Position numbers and translations under genes: made by a program. The notes under the pieces were generated by a model. The model was given only the letters and a program-made list of their open reading frames with translations, was not told the DNA's origin and did not search any database. From Deltaproteobacteria bacterium (GTDB lineage: Bacteria > Bdellovibrionota_C > UBA2361 > OMII01), in assembly GCA_947491545.1 (NCBI GenBank), contig CANLJX010000003.1, forward strand, positions 1 through 61,339: DNA of 61,339 bases, in the 5' to 3' direction. This document shows, piece by piece, positions 20,804 through 29,801 of the stretch; the stretch's first letter is position 1; each line of letters begins with the position of its first letter.

Positions 20804-23452
20804 CTATCGCTGTGCTAGCAGCCGTTCCAGTCGAACTGTTCGAAGGGTTCCGAACTCGTCCGGGTGCAATTCTACGACCGCAACGGTGTTACGCCACTCG
20901 ATTGGAGGAGTAAGAGCGGAAGGGTAGTAGCGGTTTACCAGCAGGCGTTTGAGGTGTTCCTGGAGGTCTGGGGTGAGGGGGTTAATCTCTAGAAGAGCGA
21001 GCACAGCCGCATATCGCACTGAGGGAGCGCTCTTCTCACGTAGGCTCCATAGCTTTGACACGATTGGGACAGCTAGCGGACCAAGGGCAGCCCCCACGCG
21101 GCACGCCCCAACCACTCTGTCGCGTTCATCGGAATCGAGGGCTGGAGCAACTTCTTCAAGCACCAATGAAGCTGGCAGGAGTTTTAGAATCTCCCGGACT
21201 CGATCCAGGTGGCTCTCATCCCTGCCCGCAGCGTCTATTGAGTCTCGCACGAATCTCTTCCAGTCAAACCCTTGATCTCCAAGTGACGCCAACGCTCGCA
21301 GCGAGGCAGAGAGAAGCTGCTCATCTTTTCCGGAGTCTTTTGCAATCGTCCGAATCGCCTCAATTACATCGGCTGACGCTGCGTCCCTGAGCTGCGATGA
21401 CGAGAGCAGCTTCAGGCGCGCCGGCCGAGAGCCGTGCTTGAGCGCTTCGCCGGCGAGGGCTGAGAGTTGAGCGCCAGATAGGGGTGAAGAGAGCGCGAGG
21501 TCGAGCAGCCGCTCCTGAAGCTCATCGCTCAGGCCGCCACTGGCGAACGTCCGTGGCAGGGCTGGAGACTGCGCGATGGCTTCAGCCAGGGAGCTGCCGA
21601 TCAGCTCTTTCGCGTCACGCTCCTGGATTTCCCCAAGACAGAGAGCGCATCGGTCTCGCAGCGGAGCCAACCCCGCCGAGTCGAAGTCTCTCCGTGAGAG
21701 GAGTTTTTGGGTTGCTGCGCCTCTGCCGGTGAGCTGCGTGCAGCCCTCCGCGGAGAGAGCGTTCAGAAGCTCCATCGACTCCTGTTTTGACGCCGATCCC
21801 AGGCCCTGCATGAGTACGAGGATCGACGTGCGCTCCACGCCAGTTGCCCGAGCAAGCGCTTTTTTGAGAAGCGGCACCGCTTGTGGGCCAGGCAGGCGCA
21901 AGATCGCTGCTTCCGCTGCACGGCCGAGCACTGGATCCTTGAGCAGCTCGAAGGTGGGCTGAATGGCCCGCTTCGGGAAGCTCTTCATCGAGGCGATTAC
22001 GGTCAGCGCCCCGTTTGCAGCAGCGGGCTTTCCGCTTTGCAGCATCTTCACCAGATCATTTTCAGCGGAGCTGTCACGAGCGAGGAAGGACACTGCTCCT
22101 GCAGCAGGAGGCGACTCCTGTATCGCCTGAAGCGCGAATGGCAGGAGCTTTGAGCTCTCCTTGCTCGGAGGAAGCTCCGCAAGGGCTTCAAGCGCGGCCT
22201 GTCGGCTTAAGCGAGCTTGCTCGCCACCTTGTGCCGATGCTTCTGAGAGCAGGCTCGCGAGGGCGGAAGATGCCTCGGCCCGCTTGTCGGGAGCGGAGAT
22301 GAGGTTTTTCAGGGCAGCTCTGCGGACTGTGTCGTCTGCACTGAGAGCGAGCTGCTGAATTTTGGCCAGAGCAGCTGCTCTTTGCTCGGCATTGAATGAC
22401 TTGGGGCTGCCCGCAAATATCTCTAGCGCCTTGCGCTGCTCCTCCGTGCTGGAGGAGGAGAGCATAGCAACGACTCTCTTCGACAGCCCTGGGATCGAGC
22501 GCAGGAGGCACTTCTGCTCCTCAGCCTCAAGTTGGTCGAAGGTGGGGCGCTGCGGAAGCAATTGAGCGACGCCCGGGTCGATCGACACGGTGCCAAGGAC
22601 GAGACAGCTCTTGGCGAGCATCGGGAGAAAGGCCACCGAGCGCCCCTGATCTGCCGCGAGACGTGCGAGCTCTGGCATGAACTGAGCTAAGGAAGAAGCT
22701 TGAGGAAGAGGAATCTGCCTCGCTAGCCTCCGCTGCTGCTCGTCCGGCAGCGAGACCAGAAGGTCGAGAAAGGCGCGCATCGACCGGCTGCCATCAGGGT
22801 CCACGCCGGAGAGGAAACTAATTACCTTTTGGCCATCAGAACCGTCGAGCATCGATAGGTGGCGCACCACTTGAGGCAGGGCAAGGCTGACGTACTCGTG
22901 CAGGAAGTTCTGCGCTATCAGCGGCCTTTCCGACTCAAGCACGCGCACTGCAGCTGCGATCTCGCCATCAGAAGGCACAAGACCCTGTCGATGCGCCTTT
23001 TCAGCCGCGTTTGCCGCTGCCTCTTCAAGCGCCACCGCAATCTCGTCGCTCAGGTTCTCCTTGCTGTAGATCTCAGCCAACCCGGGGATAGAAGGCAGCG
23101 CTTCAGCGCCGGCAACCTCAATCAGCTCGACCGCGCAGCGTTTGCCGCGCACTTCGCGCTTCGCGTCTCTCGTGTGCCAAGCCGGTCCCGATACGACCTC
23201 GCCTGGGCGCGTTTGGCCCGGCATCTGCGCTAGCAGCTCTGATGCCCCGGGAGCATGAGTGCTCAACGTGATGACCCGAGGCAGGAAATCGAAGATCGCT
23301 TTCCGCTTCTCTGGCGTGAGTCGGATGAACGCCTCGCGCGCCGCGCCGCAATCCTCGAAGATAAGATCCTCGACTCTTGGCTCTGCCATGGCTGAGAGAG
23401 CCGGCAGAACAACGAGCGCCATGGTTGTAAGGAGCCTCATCGGTAGGACCAT
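20804..23452 (-). CDS. Secreted HEAT/ARM-like alpha-helical repeat protein, 882 aa
   Basis: The signal peptide MRLLTTMALVVLPALSAMA|EP fits if the start is the ATG at 23440, which forms an ATGA overlap with the upstream ABC stop. The rest is Leu/Ala-rich helical repeats (e.g. VRYAAVLALLEI, RRAALKNLISA). No catalytic motif was seen. Confidence 0.7.
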   Translation of the reverse strand: MVLPMRLLTTMALVVLPALSAMAEPRVEDLIFEDCGAAREAFIRLTPEKRKAIFDFLPRVITLSTHAPGASELLAQMPGQTRPGEVVSGPAWHTRDAKREVRGKRCAVELIEVAGAEALPSIPGLAEIYSKENLSDEIAVALEEAAANAAEKAHRQGLVPSDGEIAAAVRVLESERPLIAQNFLHEYVSLALPQVVRHLSMLDGSDGQKVISFLSGVDPDGSRSMRAFLDLLVSLPDEQQRRLARQIPLPQASSLAQFMPELARLAADQGRSVAFLPMLAKSCLVLGTVSIDPGVAQLLPQRPTFDQLEAEEQKCLLRSIPGLSKRVVAMLSSSSTEEQRKALEIFAGSPKSFNAEQRAAALAKIQQLALSADDTVRRAALKNLISAPDKRAEASSALASLLSEASAQGGEQARLSRQAALEALAELPPSKESSKLLPFALQAIQESPPAAGAVSFLARDSSAENDLVKMLQSGKPAAANGALTVIASMKSFPKRAIQPTFELLKDPVLGRAAEAAILRLPGPQAVPLLKKALARATGVERTSILVLMQGLGSASKQESMELLNALSAEGCTQLTGRGAATQKLLSRRDFDSAGLAPLRDRCALCLGEIQERDAKELIGSSLAEAIAQSPALPRTFASGGLSDELQERLLDLALSSPLSGAQLSALAGEALKHGSRPARLKLLSSSQLRDAASADVIEAIRTIAKDSGKDEQLLSASLRALASLGDQGFDWKRFVRDSIDAAGRDESHLDRVREILKLLPASLVLEEVAPALDSDERDRVVGACRVGAALGPLAVPIVSKLWSLREKSAPSVRYAAVLALLEINPLTPDLQEHLKRLLVNRYYPSALTPPIEWRNTVAVVELHPDEFGTLRTVRLERLLAQR

Positions 23453-25104
23453 GTTCCGTCTCCCCGAAGCTCAAGCACGTTCTCGTGGAATTCAGCCAAA
23501 TCAGAAGCGCTACCCGTGCTGACGTAGTGCTCAACGATCGTCGGAAGTATTCGGTACAGCTCCTGCTCAATGCCACGATCGAGCGCTGTAGTCGCCTCGT
23601 CCAGGAACACAAAGCGTGGCTTGATGAGGAGCAGACGAGCGAATGCCAGACGCTGCTGCTCTCCAGTTCCTAGAACGTTAGGCCAGTCGAGTGTCGCATC
23701 GAGCCCCCCGACGCGGTCAAACATCTCTCCGAGTTTGACCCGCTCAAGGACGCCGATAAGCTCCCTGTCGAGAACGACGCGACGGCGCAGGCCGTACACG
23801 AGCTGCGAACGCAGCGACCCGAGCACCATGTATGGGCGTTGAGGAAGGAAGAGCGCCTCTCTGAGGTCCGGCCGAACGACCTGTCCCTTGCCTGCATCCC
23901 AGAGGCCCGCGATGACTCGCAGGATGGAGCTCTTTCCGCTGCCGCTCGGTCCGCAAAGCAGGAGCGACTTTCCTGCAAATGAGAAGTTTAGGTTGCTGAC
24001 AAGCGACTGTTCTCGCCGTGGGGTGAAGATAGTCACACTCTTAAATTCAAGCGCGTCGCCGGTTGAGCTCTTGATCCGCTCTCCCGGGGTGACTGGCCCG
24101 GTGGCCCGGTCGAGAGCCTCGGAGAAGGAGCCGAGACGGTTAATGACCGCGGCGAAGATACTGAGGTTACTAAAGTGATTGACCACGATTGAGAGCGCGT
24201 TAATCACCACGGCAAAAGCGGCAGCCGAGAGGCTGACAACACCAAACTCGATCTGTCCGTCAAAGAAGAGAGGAGCAACGAGCAGTGTTGGCAAGACACC
24301 GAGGACGTAGTTGTAGCCGGTAGTGAAAAAGAGCAGGTTTCTGTTGCGATTAATGACGAGAAGCAGGTTGCTGAGGGCAGACTTTAGCCGTTGGCGAGTG
24401 CGCAGAAACTCACGCGGCTCGCGGCTGTAGAATGCGATCGACTCTGCGCTGTCTCGGACGTTAATCAGCTTGTAGCGGTAATCCGCCTCCTTCTTCAGCT
24501 GCGCAAAGTTGAGCCCTATGAGAGGGCGGCCAAGGTAGTAGGTGATGATTGAGCCGGCTGTCGCGCAGGCAACGGCGGTTGCCACGAGCACCCAAGAGAT
24601 TGACCAGAGAACCGCAACCCACATGACAAGCTGCACCACGGCTCCGAGGAAGATGAGGCAGAAAGAGAGGGACTGCGCGCAGAAGGACCGCACATCTTCC
24701 TCGATACGTTGGTCGGGGTTGTCGATGTCTCCCCGCAGGTTGAGGCGGTAGTAGGCACGCTCAGAGAAGTAGCGAGCCAGAATCCGGTGGCTGAGCCAGC
24801 GGCGCCACAGCAGGCTTAGGCGCTGCTCTGTGTACGTGTAGAACACGGCCACGGGCGTAGCGATGAAGAAGGCGCCGACATACAGCAGGAGTTTGGTGTA
24901 GAAGAGCTCTTGGTTCTTGGTCTGCAGCGCCGTCATGACCGCGGCGAAGATGTACGACATCATGACCGAGATGCCGTTGGTCGTTAGGATCAGCCCCACC
25001 AGCAAGGCGAAGAGCCCGATCGCCTTCCAACGCGCTTCGGAGCGGAAGAACGGGAGCGCCAGCGAGATGAATCGTCGGACGACGTGGCGGTCAATCTGGG
25101 TCAT
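23437..25104 (-). CDS. ABC half-transporter (fused permease + ATPase), ABCD / YddA (ABC_membrane_2) type
   Basis: The TMD carries the ABCD-type IDNPDQRIEEDVRSF motif. Walker A is GPSGSGKSS, the signature is GTGEQQRLAFARL and Walker B is VFLDEATTALD. Confidence 0.85.
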   Translation of the reverse strand: MTQIDRHVVRRFISLALPFFRSEARWKAIGLFALLVGLILTTNGISVMMSYIFAAVMTALQTKNQELFYTKLLLYVGAFFIATPVAVFYTYTEQRLSLLWRRWLSHRILARYFSERAYYRLNLRGDIDNPDQRIEEDVRSFCAQSLSFCLIFLGAVVQLVMWVAVLWSISWVLVATAVACATAGSIITYYLGRPLIGLNFAQLKKEADYRYKLINVRDSAESIAFYSREPREFLRTRQRLKSALSNLLLVINRNRNLLFFTTGYNYVLGVLPTLLVAPLFFDGQIEFGVVSLSAAAFAVVINALSIVVNHFSNLSIFAAVINRLGSFSEALDRATGPVTPGERIKSSTGDALEFKSVTIFTPRREQSLVSNLNFSFAGKSLLLCGPSGSGKSSILRVIAGLWDAGKGQVVRPDLREALFLPQRPYMVLGSLRSQLVYGLRRRVVLDRELIGVLERVKLGEMFDRVGGLDATLDWPNVLGTGEQQRLAFARLLLIKPRFVFLDEATTALDRGIEQELYRILPTIVEHYVSTGSASDLAEFHENVLELRGDGTWSYR

Positions 25105-25195
25105 GCGGCTCCTTTCGGCCAGACATGCCAGCCGCCCTGAGCTTCAGCCCCCGTTACAAAACCTCGCAGTGCGAAAACCTTAGCGACCTTTCTCA

Positions 25196-27007
25196 TCACG
25201 CTTGAGCGCTCTCTCCACTGACAACCGTTCGTTCGTAGTCTGCCCAGGCAGCAGAGAAACCGCGCCCCGCCGCCCTCAGCTCAGGGAAAGTTCCGACCTC
25301 CTCGACCCGTCCATCCCGAACGTAAATTACCTTGTCGAACAGCGGGACAAGGGCCAGTCGGTGGCAGGCCATGATGACGGTCAGGGAGCTAAACTCGTGC
25401 ATGATGCCGGCGAAGATCTGTTTCTCGGTGAGGGGATCGAGGCTTGAGGTTGGCTCATCGAGCAACAGGATGTCCTTGCCCGGAACGCGCAGAATGCCGC
25501 GTGCGAGGGAAAGCCGCTGGCGTTCGCCGACCGAGATGTTGAGGCCAGCCTCCTCAAGCACGCTGTCCCAGCCGTTTGAGAGCTTCTGCAGAAGGTGAGA
25601 GACACGGCAGATCTCTAGGGCTTTCTGAAGCTGCTGCGGCTCAAACGGCTCGCCGAATGCGAGGTTGTAGTGCAGGCTCTCCGAGAAGATCTCCGGCTCT
25701 TGCGGCACGAGGATGCTTACGCCTGCGATGTCGTCGATCGAGAACTGCGCGCCATCTGGTGTTGACACGTGCCCGTGCTGCACCGGCAGCATGCCGGACA
25801 GCACCTTAAGCAGCGTTGACTTGCCGCCGCCACTCGGGCCGACGAGGGCAACTTTTTCGCCCCGATGGATGTCGAGCGAGATGCCCTTTAGGTTTGCTAC
25901 ATCACCGCCGTACGAGAAGGTCACGTCACGCAGCGTTGCCTTGTTCCAATCGCGGGGGAGGCTGCTGTGAGGTGCGGGAAGCTTGAGCTCTCCTGCTTCG
26001 TCGAGCACCGAAGACGCGTCATCGTAGGCGATCGCTGCCTCGATAATGCCGCCGTAATAACCCGTGAAGGCGCCGATCGCCGACCAGATTCGGTCGAGGT
26101 AGTTGAGCAGCACGTACGCCCGCGCAATGTCGAAGGGAGTGCCGAGCGCTCGCTGATTGTGGAGGTAAATGAAGAGCGATAGACCCATCACCAGGCTGTA
26201 CCCAACGGCGATCGTGCCCCATTTGAGCTCCTGGTACTTCCAGATCTTCCGACTAAGCCGTAGCCCCTCTCCACGCTGCGCGATCAGGTAATCGACAGCA
26301 GGCTTTTCGAGGCGCAGGGTCTTCACTGTAATGATGTTCGACATGTAGTCGACAGTCGTGCGGTTCAGACGATCGTTAAAGCGATTGTTCTTTCGAATGT
26401 TCTTTGTCAGGCGTTGGTTGAAGAGCAGCATTAGCGCAACAGTCACCACACCCATGGCGAGCACTGTGAGAGCCACCTCTGTGTCGAGCACAAAGATGAG
26501 CATCGCGACGACCACAAACTTCATGACGCCATCGATGATTTGCCATGTGTAGTTGGAAACAACGGACTCGACTGCCCCGACGGAGCGGTTGAGGCGGCTC
26601 AAGTTTTCGCCGGTGTGGTGGTAGACGTGCCACTTGAGCGGGAAACTAATGAGCGCGGTGAAGACCTCTTCGAGTTTCTTGAAGCGGCTTGTGAACGCCG
26701 AGATCCCCTTCAGGTAGCTCGCTAAGTGGTGCGAAAAGGCATAGATCATCTTGAGCCCCACGAAGAGCCCGATCGCTTTCACTGCTGGGAGAAACGCTTC
26801 CGCTGAAAGACCGTCCTTGACGAATATCTGTAGGATCTCGCCAAGCGCCCACGGAACGGCGAGGTCTATCCCGTAGGCGATCATGAAGAGGAACAAAAAC
26901 GCGAAGAAGCGCAGACGCGCGCCGGCAGTGGAATCCCATGTAGCTACAGCGAGGCGTCGGATGGAGTGCTGCGCGCTGTTGCCATTTGAGGAGCCAGAGT
27001 CGTTCAT
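25196..27007 (-). CDS. ABC exporter half-transporter, type I (MsbA/NdvA-like); candidate cyclic-glucan exporter
   Basis: It has six N-terminal TM helices with FPLKWHVYHHTGENLSRL (compare NdvA PLSWHSQRGTSNALHTL). Walker A is GPSGGGKST, the signature is VSVGERQRLSLARG and Walker B is LLLDEPTSSLD. The NdvA role itself is inferred from position. Confidence 0.85.
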   Translation of the reverse strand: MNDSGSSNGNSAQHSIRRLAVATWDSTAGARLRFFAFLFLFMIAYGIDLAVPWALGEILQIFVKDGLSAEAFLPAVKAIGLFVGLKMIYAFSHHLASYLKGISAFTSRFKKLEEVFTALISFPLKWHVYHHTGENLSRLNRSVGAVESVVSNYTWQIIDGVMKFVVVAMLIFVLDTEVALTVLAMGVVTVALMLLFNQRLTKNIRKNNRFNDRLNRTTVDYMSNIITVKTLRLEKPAVDYLIAQRGEGLRLSRKIWKYQELKWGTIAVGYSLVMGLSLFIYLHNQRALGTPFDIARAYVLLNYLDRIWSAIGAFTGYYGGIIEAAIAYDDASSVLDEAGELKLPAPHSSLPRDWNKATLRDVTFSYGGDVANLKGISLDIHRGEKVALVGPSGGGKSTLLKVLSGMLPVQHGHVSTPDGAQFSIDDIAGVSILVPQEPEIFSESLHYNLAFGEPFEPQQLQKALEICRVSHLLQKLSNGWDSVLEEAGLNISVGERQRLSLARGILRVPGKDILLLDEPTSSLDPLTEKQIFAGIMHEFSSLTVIMACHRLALVPLFDKVIYVRDGRVEEVGTFPELRAAGRGFSAAWADYERTVVSGESAQA

Positions 27008-27425
27008 AGAGGGTACAAGCCGGGGCGAGACGATGCCCGGAAGCCCGAGCCAAAAGTCGCCGCGTTATAGCAGAAGCGTTCCCCGAAGTCTTGGGTGGCG
27101 GGCGCACTTAACAGTACGCCGACGCTCGCAATTTTCTTCAAAACACATTACCGATTTCGATGCTGCCCGCTCCAGCCAAGTCCCCGAAATCGCGTTTCCC
27201 GACCACCGCGAACTCTCAGGGAACTCGCGGTGGAACTCGCGGTGGGTTCGATCGGTGCCGTCGGTCGGGCTTTGGCTGTAGGGGCTTGGCTGGTTTTTGA
27301 GGAATCGTTGCAGGTGGTTGGGGATAAATCGTGGGGCAATAACTGTGTGAGTGCCTATCATATTAGGGAGGGGCGAACCACCGAGGGCTGTTTTGCTGAC
27401 CGAGCGGATGTTTTGAATGAGGGCT

Positions 27426-28245
27426 GTGAAGAAGCTCCTCTGGGAGCTCATTCGGGTCGTGGTGTGTCTGCTCGGGCTGAGCCACGGCAGCTGCACAGAG
27501 GGAAACGGGGAGCGAGTAGCCTGCCCAGAGGCGGTAGCGCATCGAGCGGGGTGACTTGAGGTTGGGGAGGCAGACCACTCACGCGCCGCAGTCGATAGGG
27601 CTGTCGCAGATGGCTTGTCGGTGACTGCAAGCCAGCGGCGATGGCGTGCCGTTTCTTGTGCACGGCAAGCACCTAAAGCAGCATCAGTACGCCCTTCCGC
27701 CTGGAGTCGCTCGCGTAAAGGCAGAAAACCTCTCCGCCGAAGAGCTGCGGCAGGTGTGCCACAGAGTAGCTCCCTCCAACTGCTTGATAGACGCCAGTGA
27801 AGGCTTCTCGGCTCTGCAAGGCTTTCGCGCAGATCTGCTGATCGGTCCCAAAGAGAACAACGGCTCTGCTCCGATCCAAGCGGCGCTTCGGCTCGCAGAG
27901 CGATCCGGAGTGCGTGATCGGCTCATCGTCCTCCGCTCTCCCGCGCACGACTGCAGCGGGCTCTCAAATCGTGTCCGCCTCATGTTTTGAATCTCGACAG
28001 CAGGGGAGCTGCGAAGGGTTCTTCGGCACAAGCCCTACGCGCTGCAGGTAGACGAGGAGCTGCTTGATTCCCCAGAGGTAGCCGCAGCACACGCGAGAGG
28101 AGTCAAGCTGATGGTGAAGACGCTCGACGAACTCGGTGATGACCCAGAGGATTGGGGAAGGCTACGAGAGAAGGGAGTTGATGCGATACTTACCGATTAT
28201 CCCCGACTTCTTCGGCAAAGGCTCTGTCCGGAATGTCGCGAGTAG
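27426..28245 (+). pseudogene. Decayed glycerophosphodiester phosphodiesterase (GDPD/UgpQ-like) gene: two in-frame TGA codons plus one frameshift
   Basis: Frame 3 from GTG 27426: signal-like VKKLLWELIRVVVCLLGL, then AVAHRAG-TGA(27552)-LEVGEADHSRAAVDRAVADGLSVTAS. The frame shifts near 27625-27635 into frame 1: SGDGVPFLVHG...SAEELRQV...RLIVLRS...LMF-TGA(27988)-...AHARGVKLMVKTLDE...GVDAILTDYPRLL. The expected E-x-D reads S-V-T and HD reads HG. Confidence 0.5.
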
Positions 28246-29164
28246 AGCGAAAGAAGGCGACAGTGCCAAAAATGATGAGCACATTAGCGAGCAGCAGGTG
28301 AGCGATTTTTAGCCACACCGGCGCGAGCAGCAGAAGCGTCGCAACACCGACAATGATTGCGGCACAGAACACCGCGAGCAGCCGACGGCAAGCAGCTTTA
28401 GCCTGTGCGCCCGGAGCTGCGACGCTCCAACGCACAAGAGCCCACGGTCCGAGCAACGCGAAGCTAAGGGCAAGAAAGGGGTGCAGGAGCCGAAGCCTTA
28501 CGGCCAGGTGTGAGTCTGCCGACCAGTCTTTCGCGAGTCCCGAGCTCAGGGACGAAGATGGCGCAAGGTGCGACCCGAGCGCTGCTACGGCACCCGAGCA
28601 GAGCAGCACGAGCACCCCGGCAGCGAAAGCCCAGATCATCCAGCGAGTGCTCGGCTGCAGAGCACGTCGAGAGCTCCTGGCAAACGACAGGCTTTCTGCC
28701 AGCATCACGACACTAACGAGCAGTGCTGATGTGTTGACAAGGTGTAGCGGCATGACGATCAGGCGGAGCAAGTCCGTGCTCTGGTCGACGAGCCCGAGCT
28801 TAACGAGCTGCCGGCCTATGAGCGCCTCGGTTACGGTGAACACCAGCGTGGCCACGGACCAAATTCGTGCGGCATGCTTTGCAGAGAATCGCCGCCAGGT
28901 GGCTACGAGCAAGCACACGACGAATATCCCGTAGAGAGCAGTTGAATACCGGTGCGAGATCTCAATCCAGGTCTTTGAGCCTGCGTCCACCGGAATCGCG
29001 GCTCCGTGACACAGCGGCCAGTTGTCTCCACAGCCGTCTCCCGAATGCGAGATGCGAACCCAGGCCCCCCAAAGGATCACGAGAACCGTGTACCAAACCA
29101 GGGCCCACGCGAGGCGAGCGAGCTTGTTTCTCCGTTGTGGCAGCTGTACGACTGAAGAATTCAC
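28190..29164 (-). CDS. ctaA: Heme A synthase (COX15/CtaA family)
   Basis: Eight-TM profile; WGAWVRISHSGDGCGDNWPLCHG (compare GxxVRxTxSGLGCPDWPLC); paired conserved His in TM helices (ISHRYS, PLHLVNT, LLHPFLA). The start is GTG. Confidence 0.75.
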   Translation of the reverse strand: MNSSVVQLPQRRNKLARLAWALVWYTVLVILWGAWVRISHSGDGCGDNWPLCHGAAIPVDAGSKTWIEISHRYSTALYGIFVVCLLVATWRRFSAKHAARIWSVATLVFTVTEALIGRQLVKLGLVDQSTDLLRLIVMPLHLVNTSALLVSVVMLAESLSFARSSRRALQPSTRWMIWAFAAGVLVLLCSGAVAALGSHLAPSSSLSSGLAKDWSADSHLAVRLRLLHPFLALSFALLGPWALVRWSVAAPGAQAKAACRRLLAVFCAAIIVGVATLLLLAPVWLKIAHLLLANVLIIFGTVAFFRSTRDIPDRAFAEEVGDNR

Positions 29165-29197
29165 ACCGCGAGGTTAGCACACGCCGCATGTGGCGAG

Positions 29198-29671
29198 CTA
29201 CTCGGCCTTCCCGGATGGGATGATGAGAGTCGGAACGTGCGAGTGCCGAGCCACGTGTTCAGCGACGCTTCCCAGCAGCGCACGAGAGATGCCAGTCCGG
29301 CCATGAGAGGCGATTACAACCAACTCTGCGTCGCTTCGGTGGATATGCTCGACGATAGTGTGGTGGACCGGCCGCGCCGCTTCGGTAACGGCATGCTTGG
29401 CTGGCATCCCCGGGAAGTGCTGAAGTAGGTGCTCTCGAAGCTCCTCCTCGGTGCGAGCTTTAGCGGCTTCGACCGCAGCAGGGAGGTAGACGAGGGGCAT
29501 CTCGAGCCCAGAGCTGCTCTCTCCGAGATGCACTGACACATCGATGCAGGTGAGAACTGTCACGACGGCATCGTAAGCCACCGCGAGCGAGCGGGCTGCT
29601 GGATACGCCACTGCGGCAGCAGGGGAGAGGTCGGTGGTTACCAGGATCGATCTGGGAAAAAACTCCGGCAT
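29198..29671 (-). CDS. Universal stress protein (UspA family)
   Basis: ILVTTDLSPAA near the N-terminus and the C-terminal ATP-binding motif LVVIASHGRTGISRALLGSVAEHVARHSHVPTLII. Length 157 aa. Confidence 0.85.
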   Translation of the reverse strand: MPEFFPRSILVTTDLSPAAAVAYPAARSLAVAYDAVVTVLTCIDVSVHLGESSSGLEMPLVYLPAAVEAAKARTEEELREHLLQHFPGMPAKHAVTEAARPVHHTIVEHIHRSDAELVVIASHGRTGISRALLGSVAEHVARHSHVPTLIIPSGKAE

Positions 29672-29801
29672 GGCCCCGAGGAAACACCGGAAAAGAGCGA
29701 TCCTGTATTCCCCCGGTCATGCTCCGTCACCGCGCCGCTCCCAGCGAGCATTGAACAGCTCGCCACGGCACTGAGGGGGTCGTAGGGGATACCCGGCAGG
29801 A

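Noticed and set aside
27065-27559. Track ORFs 27065..27496 (-), 27095..27559 (+) and 26883..27281 (+) in the divergent region upstream of the ABC gene
   Set aside because: They are mutually overlapping with poor composition. The 3' part of 27095..27559 is an off-frame read of the GDPD pseudogene N-terminus. The region is better explained as promoter DNA, with a short tandem gaactcgcggtg repeat at ~27221-27245.
27552-27990. Programmed TGA recoding (selenocysteine or an alternative code) in the GDPD-like gene, since both in-frame stops are TGA
   Set aside because: TGA clearly terminates well-supported genes here (ldh, the 555-aa ABC gene, ribBA-like, argC). The GDPD-like gene also needs a frameshift and has lost catalytic residues. 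I saw no SECIS-like hairpin. Pseudogenisation is the simpler reading.
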